64,000 nucleotides of DNA. Origin: Candidatus Poribacteria bacterium. GTDB lineage: Bacteria > Poribacteria > WGA-4E > PCPOR2b. The notes under the pieces are model-generated. The model saw nothing but the letters and a program-made list of their open reading frames with translations. It was not told the origin of the DNA and did not search any database. Shown in pieces: positions 31,224-40,654 of this stretch. A program made the position numbers and the translations under genes. The stretch's first letter is position 1; each line of letters starts with the position of its first letter. The stretch is taken from NCBI GenBank assembly GCA_965198175.1, contig OZ240245.1, positions 2,336,001-2,400,000 of the forward strand, given 5' to 3'.

Positions 31224-32903
31224 ATGATGAAATCGTACTCCCGTTTTTCTCAATTCCTGGTGACTCTTGTTTGCTTAAGTTCATCTTGTTATGCCCATTT
31301 TTGGGCGCCTCCCACAAGGATTCACGAATTTGTGAGGAAGTCCGACTTAGTGGTGATTGGAACTGTAGTGAAAGACCAAAGTGTAATGAATCCAGCGAAA
31401 GGCGATGGAGATATCTCGAAGTTATTCATTGGGGCTTTATTTACGGTTCGCGTTGATAAAGTTCTTTATGGAAGGGCGGAAATTACACAATCCATTTTCG
31501 CCACAAGCGATCTTCAGCGCATTAACTCGACCTTAAAGCGAAATCCAAGGAAAAAGTCTTTAAATATTTATGCCTTTCACCAGAGTGAGCTGGCATGGGG
31601 CTTAGGCATGCCAACATACCGCGAGAATCGACCACAACTTTTCTTTTTCAAGGTCTCAAAGTTCCCAACCAATTTTCCGAGTAATACCTTGATTTATGAT
31701 GGTAGTCAGGAGTATGAACGTGAGTCCCAAATACCAACCGTTGCGAGCTTAAAGGAAAAGTTCTATTTTGAAGCGACTTCTGGAACCGTAGATAGCACAT
31801 GGGATCTGACGAACAAAAAAGAAAAAGAATGGGTTCCCATTGTTGAAGCCCTTGGTGAAGTGATGTCGGTTCCGGATCTCACTCAACGTGAGCAAAAGCT
31901 TCGCGAACTACTCAACCATGACGATGTACTGCTCGCCAGTAATGCTGAGGCAGCATTAGGGGAAATCAAAAACGTTAGCGATGCAAAGAAAACGCAGGTC
32001 GAGCGGAAACAGAACATCAGTGTCGCACAAACACCGGTGAAAGAGAAGCAGATCGATGTAATTACCGATACATCTTCAGGAGCTTTAAGGGCGGAGAAAG
32101 TGACGGTTGATGCGAGAGAAGCGGCTCGCAATCTGCACAATAAAGAGATATTTGACAAAGTCTCTAGAGTTTTGTTTATGGTTGATGACGCTTATCTCTC
32201 CTCTGGCACGGTGAATCTGTTGAAGACTGCTCTAAACGACAACTCTGTTGAAGTTAGGCAGCGCGCAATCCTCTTACTAGGGCTTTCAAGAAACCCCGAA
32301 GCGATAGAAGTTATCTCCAATCGCTTGCGGAACGATCCGTCTTGGCACGTGAAATCAGTGGCAGCGGTGAACTTAGGAATACTAGCAGGGGGAGCAGCGG
32401 TGCCCGTGTTAAAAGCCGCACTGGTTGAGGAAGAAAAAACTTCGGCGTCATTATCATTGATGTCAAAGATTTCACCGTCATTAATTTCTGGATTAGGCAG
32501 AGCGGGTGGCACGGCTGTTCCACTGCTGATTGAGAGGTTGAAAGATGACTTAAAATTGGGTGGACATGACGCTAATTTTATTATTCAAAGCTTGAAATGG
32601 ACTGGCGATAGGAGGGCAATTAAGTCCCTTCTCGCTATCATATCACACCCCGCCTCTCCTTCCGACGCGGTCATGAGTGAGGTACAATTGGACGCAGCGA
32701 GAGCCTTAGCGCACTTTGCAACAGATCGGCGCTATGAGGATATCCTGAAGTTTCGCAACAAGTTTGCGGAGGGTTATCCGGTGACCCCGCGAGAGAATCG
32801 GAGAGTCAATGCGTCGGATCGAGCCCGAATCGTTGAAGCGCTTAAAACCGCTGGGTATGACATCAACCGTTTAGCAGAGCGTGATGTGGTAATTTTTCAT
32901 TGA
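31224..32903 (+). CDS. Secreted HEAT-repeat protein with an additional N-terminal domain
   Basis: Signal peptide; LNDNSVEVRQRAILLLG and DPSWHVKSVAAVNLG HEAT_2-like repeats. Confidence 0.7.
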   Translation: MMKSYSRFSQFLVTLVCLSSSCYAHFWAPPTRIHEFVRKSDLVVIGTVVKDQSVMNPAKGDGDISKLFIGALFTVRVDKVLYGRAEITQSIFATSDLQRINSTLKRNPRKKSLNIYAFHQSELAWGLGMPTYRENRPQLFFFKVSKFPTNFPSNTLIYDGSQEYERESQIPTVASLKEKFYFEATSGTVDSTWDLTNKKEKEWVPIVEALGEVMSVPDLTQREQKLRELLNHDDVLLASNAEAALGEIKNVSDAKKTQVERKQNISVAQTPVKEKQIDVITDTSSGALRAEKVTVDAREAARNLHNKEIFDKVSRVLFMVDDAYLSSGTVNLLKTALNDNSVEVRQRAILLLGLSRNPEAIEVISNRLRNDPSWHVKSVAAVNLGILAGGAAVPVLKAALVEEEKTSASLSLMSKISPSLISGLGRAGGTAVPLLIERLKDDLKLGGHDANFIIQSLKWTGDRRAIKSLLAIISHPASPSDAVMSEVQLDAARALAHFATDRRYEDILKFRNKFAEGYPVTPRENRRVNASDRARIVEALKTAGYDINRLAERDVVIFH

Positions 32904-32975
32904 AGCCCTTAAACCGCACAGTATAACATCAATCGTTTAACACGGTGCTTCTAGCTGGTACTCTAATTCGGTTTC

Positions 32976-33914
32976 ATGATGCGAAGAATTGAGTCTCACC
33001 CCATCATTTTTGGTCTGTTATTGTGTTTCATCTGTTGCGCGGTGGCACCTAGTACCCGTGTCGCACAAACGCCGGTGAAAGAGAAGCAGGTGGATGTGAT
33101 TACCCTAGACCCACCTCCAGGGGCTTTGGGAAGGGAGAAAGTGACGGTTGATGTGAGAGAAGCAGCTCGCGACTTACGTAATAAAGAGATGTTTAAAAAA
33201 GCCTCGGGAGTTTTGCATGTGGCTGATAACGCCTATCTCTCGTCTAGCACGGTGAACTTATTGAAAACAGCGTTGAATGACGGGTCAGTTGAAGTCAGGA
33301 TACGCGCAATTAATTTACTGGGAGTTTCAAGAAATCCCGATGCAATAGAGGTAATCTCCAATCGCTTGCAGAACGACCCATCTTATCGAGTGAGATGGGC
33401 AGCGGCAATTAGCTTGGGGAGGCTAGCCGGGCAAGCGGCAGTTCCCGCATTAAAAATCGCGCTGGATGAGGACAAAAGGATTGAAACGGCGGTAATTAAT
33501 GGGTTAGGATATGCTGGTGGCAAGGCAGTAGCTCTCCTCATCCAGATGTTGAAAGAAGATGGAAAAGAAGGTGGAAACAATGCAAATTATTTTATTCAAA
33601 GTTTGGAAACAACTTGCGACAGAAGAGCGATTAAGCCTCTCCTCGCTATTATATCGTACCCCACCTCTCCCACCGACCCGAATATGAGTCAGGTGCAATT
33701 GAACGCAGCGACGGTCTTAGCGCACTTTGCAACGGATTGGATCTATACGCGAATGTTGAAGTCGCGCGACAAATTTTTTGCGGAGGATTACCCGGCAACT
33801 CCGCGTGAGAGCCAACGGGTCAATGCGTCGGATCGAGCCCGGATTGTTGAGGCGCTTAAAACCACCGGGTACGACATCAACCGTTTAGCAGAGCGTTTTT
33901 GGAGAGTGAATTGA
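32976..33914 (+). CDS. Secreted HEAT-repeat protein, paralog of the C-terminal half of 31224-32903
   Basis: Homology begins at VAQTPVKEKQ and runs to RVNASDRARIVEALKT.GYDINRLAER. Confidence 0.7.
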   Translation: MMRRIESHPIIFGLLLCFICCAVAPSTRVAQTPVKEKQVDVITLDPPPGALGREKVTVDVREAARDLRNKEMFKKASGVLHVADNAYLSSSTVNLLKTALNDGSVEVRIRAINLLGVSRNPDAIEVISNRLQNDPSYRVRWAAAISLGRLAGQAAVPALKIALDEDKRIETAVINGLGYAGGKAVALLIQMLKEDGKEGGNNANYFIQSLETTCDRRAIKPLLAIISYPTSPTDPNMSQVQLNAATVLAHFATDWIYTRMLKSRDKFFAEDYPATPRESQRVNASDRARIVEALKTTGYDINRLAERFWRVN

Positions 33915-33958
33915 ATCACTTTAAAATGCTCAGTCGCTGAATTACCTTAGACTGAACA

Positions 33959-34537
33959 ATGATCCATACCTCACCTTTAAAAAATTTGTGGTCTATCATG
34001 CTACTGTGTGTCATTCTACAGTTCATGGGCTGTTCAGGCAAGTGGGTGGATACGGATGATTTAGTCGGGCTTGACGAAGGCATCCAAAGAGCCATCAGAA
34101 CACCATCTCGTGTCTCTCTCGCCATTGTTTGGAGCGATAAGATCCGGAAGCAATTCGCCCCGGGCTATAAATTTAAATCGCTCCGTGGGCACCTAAAACA
34201 ACTTCCCGATGGTAAACGTTGTTGGTATGATGAAAAACAGATCGAATTCCAGATACGTCATAAACAACAAAAATTGCCGAAACTTGTGATAGGAACCCAT
34301 GAGTTATTGCTACGCCTGTCTAACGAGGGCACGAAGGATTATAAAATCCATATCAACGGAGAAAATTGCTATCCGAATAAAAACGGGGAATGGCATATAA
34401 TTACGCCATTTACGCGTAACACACATCGGTCCATTGATGCATATTTTCCTGCTATATCCACAGTTTCCATTCAATCTGAGCAAGGCGTTTGTTTGAGTTC
34501 CATCATACTGGTGGATCACGGTATAATGATTAAGTAA
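33959..34537 (+). CDS. Hypothetical lipoprotein
   Basis: Lipobox-like FMGC after a hydrophobic stretch; no recognised domain. Confidence 0.5.
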   Translation: MIHTSPLKNLWSIMLLCVILQFMGCSGKWVDTDDLVGLDEGIQRAIRTPSRVSLAIVWSDKIRKQFAPGYKFKSLRGHLKQLPDGKRCWYDEKQIEFQIRHKQQKLPKLVIGTHELLLRLSNEGTKDYKIHINGENCYPNKNGEWHIITPFTRNTHRSIDAYFPAISTVSIQSEQGVCLSSIILVDHGIMIK

Positions 34538-34622
34538 AGCAAATCATGTCGTCTTTCGCTAAGTTTGAGAGATGGGGGTAGTGTAGCTATAGCTAGGTCT
34601 TTGGAAAGTAAAAAGGTAAGTT

Positions 34623-35813
34623 GTGCGATGTTCCAGTGGAAATATAGCCAAGTTCTACATCAGCTCAGCACTCGGCGGTTTTACGTTGTTTCACGGTGTG
34701 TTGGGTTTTTACATGAGGCAAATTGGATTTTCGTACACTCAAATCTTCTTTTTAGCCGCTTTATACGAAATCTTGGTATTCCTTTTAGAAATTCCGACTG
34801 GGGTATTTGCAGACCGTTTCGGTCTGAAAAAGAGCGCAGTTCTGGGGCACTTCATATCTGCTGCAAGTTGTTTTCCAATTGCACTGTTCCCGACATCTTA
34901 CAGCGTATTCCTTCTTTGGAGTCTGCTGTCGGCAATATGCACTACACTGAATTCTGGTTCGGTAGAGGCGCTACAATATGAGTCTCTGCGAGATATATCG
35001 CGCGAAGCAGAATACACAAAGTTGCGCGGCAGGTTAGCTGCAATTGGTGGGTTTTCAATGCCGGTTGGGGCTTTTATCGGCGGCACTCTCTGTGGAAACA
35101 TCGGATTTGGTACAGTAGTCGCTCTTGGAGGGCTAACCGGACTGTTTATTACAGCAGTATTTGTTAGCATGAGCGAACCAAGGGGGGTTCAACTTGAGCG
35201 CGAAAAATCGAAATCCCGAAATACTTTTGAGGCGATAAGCGAAAACTTTCGGTTCATTCAAGGGGATAGGGAATTGACCGGAGTTATCATCGCTGGATCG
35301 ATAGTTTATGCAGCGTATCTACTAATCAATAACTATTCGCAGCCGTGCCTGGAAGAGGCAGGTATACAGTCTTATCGAATTGTAGGCTTGGTTAGCGGGA
35401 CGCTCATGGTGGTTTTCGCCGTTGTTTCATGGTGGGCGGGATATTTGACTCAACGCATCGGTACAAAAGGCATATTCGTATGGTTGTCTGGTGTCCCTAT
35501 TTTGAGTTTAGTGGGATTGGGAAAACTGAAGGGGATCACACTATTAGCGCCGCTTTATCTCTCCCGATTGGGCGAAGGCGTTGCCGAGCCCTTCATCTCG
35601 AATAGGCTGCTTCAGAAGAGTCCTTTGGGAAAAAGCGCGACACTCCTTTCCACGCAGAGCCTTCTTACATCACTGGTGTTTTCCATATGGAGCATGGCAA
35701 GCGGGTTCGGTCTAGACTATGTTGGACGTTTCTTCATATTTTCTGCAGGTGCAGCATTCGCGCTTATTATATTGTTGTGGGGCGGCAAATGGGTAGTGCG
35801 AACAAACGATTAG
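34623..35813 (+). CDS. MFS transporter
   Basis: EIPTGVFADRFGLKKS (MFS motif A), SGSVEALQYESL and about 12 hydrophobic segments. Confidence 0.85.
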   Translation: MRCSSGNIAKFYISSALGGFTLFHGVLGFYMRQIGFSYTQIFFLAALYEILVFLLEIPTGVFADRFGLKKSAVLGHFISAASCFPIALFPTSYSVFLLWSLLSAICTTLNSGSVEALQYESLRDISREAEYTKLRGRLAAIGGFSMPVGAFIGGTLCGNIGFGTVVALGGLTGLFITAVFVSMSEPRGVQLEREKSKSRNTFEAISENFRFIQGDRELTGVIIAGSIVYAAYLLINNYSQPCLEEAGIQSYRIVGLVSGTLMVVFAVVSWWAGYLTQRIGTKGIFVWLSGVPILSLVGLGKLKGITLLAPLYLSRLGEGVAEPFISNRLLQKSPLGKSATLLSTQSLLTSLVFSIWSMASGFGLDYVGRFFIFSAGAAFALIILLWGGKWVVRTND

Positions 35814-35863
35814 AATTCGCAAAGCCAAGTAATTTATTGAGTTAGTATCGCGGGGGTACGTTT

Positions 35864-37696
35864 TTGATATGTTCTGCAGGAACATACATCGGTATTATCG
35901 GAAGATTTCTATCACCGAAGAGACGGTTATCCAATTTCGATCTCCCCAAAGGTCGGAAATCGTTGCTCCCAATTTCTCGCTTCCTGCTTTTGGCGGGAGT
36001 TGGAATGATTGCCGTCGTTTTCGTGGCAGCGGGATACGGAAAACAGGAGGAGGAACCAATGATGCATAATGAACAACTAGCGGGGACATCCAACACGCTG
36101 GATTTGGTAGAGCGGGCTGGATATGCGATTAACGCGATGACGCAAAGCACTAATCCGGAAGCGGAGTATGCGGTCTACTTCACCGGGGTTCTCCACCGCA
36201 ATCCGCCAACCCTGTTGAGGGAAATCCCGCTGTATGGCAAATTCATGGAAGGGCTGGCGTTAATGCGCATCATGACAAACGGCGAATTCGACACACGCCC
36301 ATCTACTCAACCGAAGGATTTCAATCGGCACGTAGACAAAATTTGGCGTGAAGCGTTTCTACGCAAGCTTAACGGACAGGAACTCGGACTAATTGGCGCC
36401 GAAGGCGGCAGGCAACTCGCTTGGCTGGCGATACAGTATCGGCAGACCAAAGACTCAATGTGGAAAGAACTCGGCGACTCAGTGATTCAACAGGCGCTCG
36501 AAACGACTATCCATCAAGATGACTACTGCTATTTCCCCCAAGACTCGGAAGGCACAATGCCGTGGAGATGGGGGGCAACCTATCAGGGGTGGACGCTTCA
36601 AGGCGTGACCCAGTATTATATTGCGACCGGCTCTGAAGCAGCTCTGGAACTCGCGGGCAAACTCGCTCGCTACTTGAAGGATCACTCCGGTATTTTTGAT
36701 ACCAACGGGCGGTTTCTTGCACGTCACGACGTAGATGCGCCGCTCAACCCGCCGACTACTCTCGGACCAGCGCTGCATTTCCATCACAACGGCAATGCGA
36801 TGGAAGCGCTCTCGGAGTATGCGTGGGCGAGCGGCGAAACGGAATTTGGCGAGTTCGCGAAGAAATGCTATGAATACGCGTGTTCGCTCCCCGACTCGTC
36901 ACCGCTTATCGGCTTTTTCCAAGAGTACATTGACGATTGGCCCGACCATCGCGGAGTAATAGACTGTGAAACCTGTTGTGTCGTTGACATGCTCCTCACA
37001 GCGCTTTGGATGACGAAGGCGGGTGTGGGCGATTATTGGGATGATATCGACCGCTACTTGAGAAACCAGTTCGCCGAGATGCAGATGACCTCCGGCGATT
37101 GGCTGGTTCGAATGAGTGAGGAATTACCATATCGGCCGCCGGGGGAGGATGAGGTTGCGATGGGGTCGCCGGACCGTTGGGTCGGCACCTTCGCCGGGTG
37201 GGCGACTGCGAATGACTTCTTCGCTATCGGTGCGGGTCCCGGCATCATGCACTGCTGCACCGGCAACGGGTCACGGGCGCTATACTACCTCTGGGAGAAC
37301 ATGCTTGAGTTCAACAACGGGGAGTTACAACTGCATTTACTTCTCAACCGGAAGTCACCCTGGGCAGAGGTCATCAGTTACGTCCCGTATCAAGGGAAAG
37401 TTGCGTTGAAGGTCAAGGAGGCGTGTGAGAATATTGCGGTGCGAGTACCCGACTGGGTCGAGAGTTCGAGCCTGTCATGCCTAGTCAACGGCGTCTCCTG
37501 CATGCCCAGTTGGAACGGTCGCTATGTGAACATCGGCAGAGCATCGCCCGGAGATACGGTTGAACTCGCGTTTCCGATTTCGGAACGGACGGTTGAGGAA
37601 ACGGTGGGCGGCGTTCAATATACGCTTGTGATTAGAGGAAACAACGTAATTTCCATCTCACCACCGGGAAAGAATTATCCCTTCTATGACCGATGA
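35864..37696 (+). CDS. GH127-like (beta-L-arabinofuranosidase family) glycoside hydrolase, copy 1; alternative start ATG 36059
   Basis: CETCC and MHCCTGNG match the Zn/Cys E-x-C...CC signature of GH127; C-terminal beta-sandwich RVPDW...VELAFPI. Confidence 0.65.
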   Translation: MICSAGTYIGIIGRFLSPKRRLSNFDLPKGRKSLLPISRFLLLAGVGMIAVVFVAAGYGKQEEEPMMHNEQLAGTSNTLDLVERAGYAINAMTQSTNPEAEYAVYFTGVLHRNPPTLLREIPLYGKFMEGLALMRIMTNGEFDTRPSTQPKDFNRHVDKIWREAFLRKLNGQELGLIGAEGGRQLAWLAIQYRQTKDSMWKELGDSVIQQALETTIHQDDYCYFPQDSEGTMPWRWGATYQGWTLQGVTQYYIATGSEAALELAGKLARYLKDHSGIFDTNGRFLARHDVDAPLNPPTTLGPALHFHHNGNAMEALSEYAWASGETEFGEFAKKCYEYACSLPDSSPLIGFFQEYIDDWPDHRGVIDCETCCVVDMLLTALWMTKAGVGDYWDDIDRYLRNQFAEMQMTSGDWLVRMSEELPYRPPGEDEVAMGSPDRWVGTFAGWATANDFFAIGAGPGIMHCCTGNGSRALYYLWENMLEFNNGELQLHLLLNRKSPWAEVISYVPYQGKVALKVKEACENIAVRVPDWVESSSLSCLVNGVSCMPSWNGRYVNIGRASPGDTVELAFPISERTVEETVGGVQYTLVIRGNNVISISPPGKNYPFYDR

Positions 37697-37727
37697 TGTA
37701 TTTGGAGCTTGCGCGGGCTGGATTCTA

Positions 37728-37903
37728 CAGTCATTTGCATTTATGATTACACATATGAGCGATGATTGACTCGACTTAGCTCACAATCTCCCGGTTTGCG
37801 ACGCTTCCCATTGAGCGGGTCGGGCTGGAAGCCCGACCTACGGGAATGGGTGGGAACTTGGATATGTTAATAAATACACGTGTAATTTTTAGTTGCGTGA
37901 CTA
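37728..37903. mobile_element. 176-bp MITE with TA target duplication carrying a GTAG-REP hairpin
   Basis: Filled site ATTC-TA-[CAGTCA...TGACTA]-TA-AATCTTAGGGG versus empty paralogous site ATTC-TA-AATCTTAGGGG at about 39989-40005. Imperfect TIRs extend to ATTACAC. Internal REP GTAGGTCGGGCTTCCAGCCCGACCC (minus strand, 37817-37841). Confidence 0.75.
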
Positions 37904-38124
37904 TAAATCTTAGGGGCTTGGGTAGGGGTCAATAGATAAACAGTTACCCTTACAATGTGATCATATCCTAACCGCGTTGTGTTTGATATGTGCCGTTCAA
38001 CTTAACCGACGCGCTGAAATCAACTAGATGCGATGAGGCGTTGGCATGACCTTAACAGTGGCGTATCTACACAAGGACTGATTTAATCGTGTAGGCGGTC
38101 TAATCAGGTCGGGAGATAACGTTA

Positions 38125-39963
38125 ATGTTACATCCTAAAGATACACATATCAGTATTATCGAAAGATTCCAATCTTGGAACAGACGGTTATTCAAAATCG
38201 GTGCTCCCAAAAGTTGGAAACTGCGGCTCTCAATGTCTCGCCCAGGTGTATTGATGTGGGTGGGTTTGACGGCTGTCGTTTTCGTTTCGGGCGGCTACGG
38301 AAAGCTAAAGGAGGAACCAATGATGCAAAATGAACAACTAGCGCAGACACCTGACACACTAGATTTAGTAACACGGGCTGGATATGCAATTAACGCGATG
38401 ACGCGAAGCACGAATCCGGAAGCAGAATACGCGGTCTACTTCACCGGAGTTCTGCACCGCAATCCGCCGACTCTATCGGGTGAAATCCCGCTATATGGAA
38501 AATTCATGGAAGGGTTGGCGTTTATGCGCATCATGACAAGCGGTGATTTTGACACGCGCCCATCTACTCAACCCAAAGATTTCAACCGGCACGTCGACCG
38601 TGTCTGGCGGGACACGTTTCTGCGGCGGCTAAACGAACAGAAGCCGGTGCTTACGGGGCCCGAAGGCGGACGACAGCTCGCATGGCTGGCAATTCAGTAT
38701 CGGCAGACCAAGGACTCAATGTGGAAAGAACTCGGTGAAGCGGCGATTCAACGGGCGCTCAATGCGGCAGTGCATCAGGATGACTACTGTTATTTCCCGC
38801 ACGACGCAGAAGGGACGATGCCGACTAGCTGGGCAGCGACCTATCAAGGCTGGACGCTTCAGGGGGTGACCCAGTTTTATATGGCGACCGAATCAGAAGC
38901 CGCGCTGGAACTGGCGGGCAAACTCGCACGCTACTTAAAGGATCACGCCGGTGTCTTCGATTCTGAAGGGCGGTTTCTCGCACGTCACGACGAATCAATA
39001 CCGTTCAGTCCGCCATCCAGGCTTGGGCCCGCGCTACATTTCCATCACAACGGCAACGCAATGGAAGCGCTCACGGAGTACGCGTGGGCAAGCGGCGAAC
39101 CGGAGTTTGGCGAGTTCGTGAAGAAATGCTATGACTACGCTCGCTCGCTCTCCGACTCATCACCGCTTATCGGCTTTTTCCAGGAATACATCGACGATTG
39201 GCCCGACCATCGCAGCGTAATAGACTGTGAAACCTGCTGCGTCGTTGATATGCTGCTGACGGCGCTCTGGATGACGAAAGCGGGCTTGGGTGATTATTGG
39301 GATGATATCGACCGATACTTGCGAAACCAGTTCGCCGAGATGCAGATGACCTCCGGCGATTGGCTAACCCGGATGAATGAGGGGCTGCCATATCAGCCGG
39401 CGGGAGAGGATGAGGTTGCGATGGGGTCGCCCGACCGTTGGGTCGGCACCTTCGCCGGTTGGGCGACTGCGAATGATTTCTTCGCCATCGGCGCAGGGGC
39501 TGGCATCATGCACTGTTGCACCGGCAACGGGTCACGGGCGCTATACTACCTCTGGGAAAATATGCTTGAGTTCAATGACGGGGAATTGCGACTCCATCTA
39601 CTTCTCAACCGGAAGTCCCCTTGGGCAGAGGTCATCAGTTACGTCCCAAATCAAGGCAAGGTTGAGTTGAAGGTCAAGGAGACGTGTGAAAATATTGCGG
39701 TGCGCGCACCGGAATGGGTCGAGGGTTCAAGTGACGCCCTATCCTGTCGAATCAACGGCGACGCCCGCAATCTCAGTTGGAAGGGCCGCTATGTGAACAT
39801 CGGCAAAGCGTCGCCCGGTGATACGGTTCAGCTTGCGTTCCCAATCACGGAACGAACGGTTGATGAAACGGTGGCTGGTGTCCCTTACACGCTTGTGATT
39901 AGAGGAAACAACGTGATTTCCATCTCACCGCCGGGAAAGAATTATCCATTCTATGACCGATAA
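38125..39963 (+). CDS. GH127-like glycoside hydrolase, copy 2; alternative start ATG 38320
   Basis: Collinear paralog of copy 1 with the same CETCC and HCCTGNG motifs. Confidence 0.65.
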   Translation: MLHPKDTHISIIERFQSWNRRLFKIGAPKSWKLRLSMSRPGVLMWVGLTAVVFVSGGYGKLKEEPMMQNEQLAQTPDTLDLVTRAGYAINAMTRSTNPEAEYAVYFTGVLHRNPPTLSGEIPLYGKFMEGLAFMRIMTSGDFDTRPSTQPKDFNRHVDRVWRDTFLRRLNEQKPVLTGPEGGRQLAWLAIQYRQTKDSMWKELGEAAIQRALNAAVHQDDYCYFPHDAEGTMPTSWAATYQGWTLQGVTQFYMATESEAALELAGKLARYLKDHAGVFDSEGRFLARHDESIPFSPPSRLGPALHFHHNGNAMEALTEYAWASGEPEFGEFVKKCYDYARSLSDSSPLIGFFQEYIDDWPDHRSVIDCETCCVVDMLLTALWMTKAGLGDYWDDIDRYLRNQFAEMQMTSGDWLTRMNEGLPYQPAGEDEVAMGSPDRWVGTFAGWATANDFFAIGAGAGIMHCCTGNGSRALYYLWENMLEFNDGELRLHLLLNRKSPWAEVISYVPNQGKVELKVKETCENIAVRAPEWVEGSSDALSCRINGDARNLSWKGRYVNIGKASPGDTVQLAFPITERTVDETVAGVPYTLVIRGNNVISISPPGKNYPFYDR

Positions 39964-40198
39964 TGAATTTGGACCTTGCGCGGGCTGCATTCTAAATCTT
40001 AGGGGCTTGCGTAGGTCCAATATCTAAACAATTACCCTTTCAATGTGATTCAGATTTACAGCATTCCCAAACCGTTATATGAACAACGACGCGCAACCGA
40101 CTTTGGTTTTGCGGTTGTCGGATGTTTTCTGAGAGACTCCTGTCGCAATTCGACTTAGTCCTCTGCACTCACTTGAATAACGGAAAAAACCGTATCCG

Positions 40199-40504
40199 TC
40201 AGCACTTGACTTGGATTTGACCGTCTTCAACGAGGACTTCATAAGATTTCACTTGCAGCCGCACATCTGTCCGGCAGACACCGGTTTTGGCATCATACGC
40301 GTAGCCATGAACAGGACAGATTGCCAGCCCATTTTTTATGCGTCCTCTGCCCAGCGACCCCAGCGCGTGGGCGCATGTATTGTTGAGTGCGTAGAAATTT
40401 TCTCCGTCGTTGAAAACCGCAATCCGTTTTCCGTTAACGGTGAAGGCTTTGCTTCGTCCGACGGGAATATCTGACGTTTTTGCAACGGGAGCGTAAGATG
40501 ACAT
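40199..40504 (-). CDS. Rieske-type [2Fe-2S] ferredoxin
   Basis: NTCAH...ICPVHG Rieske motif; ATG 40504 preceded by SD GAGGAG. Confidence 0.85.
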   Translation of the reverse strand: MSSYAPVAKTSDIPVGRSKAFTVNGKRIAVFNDGENFYALNNTCAHALGSLGRGRIKNGLAICPVHGYAYDAKTGVCRTDVRLQVKSYEVLVEDGQIQVKC

Positions 40505-40654
40505 CGTAATTCTCCTCTTGTGTTCAGCTTTCATCGGCACTGGAAACATAACAAACTTGTGTGAAACGTGAAGAAACACTTTGGCGTGCCCTGATTCTAC
40601 CTTCCCCATTTTACATCGATCTACGACCGATTGTAAAGCAGGAAATTCCTTCTT

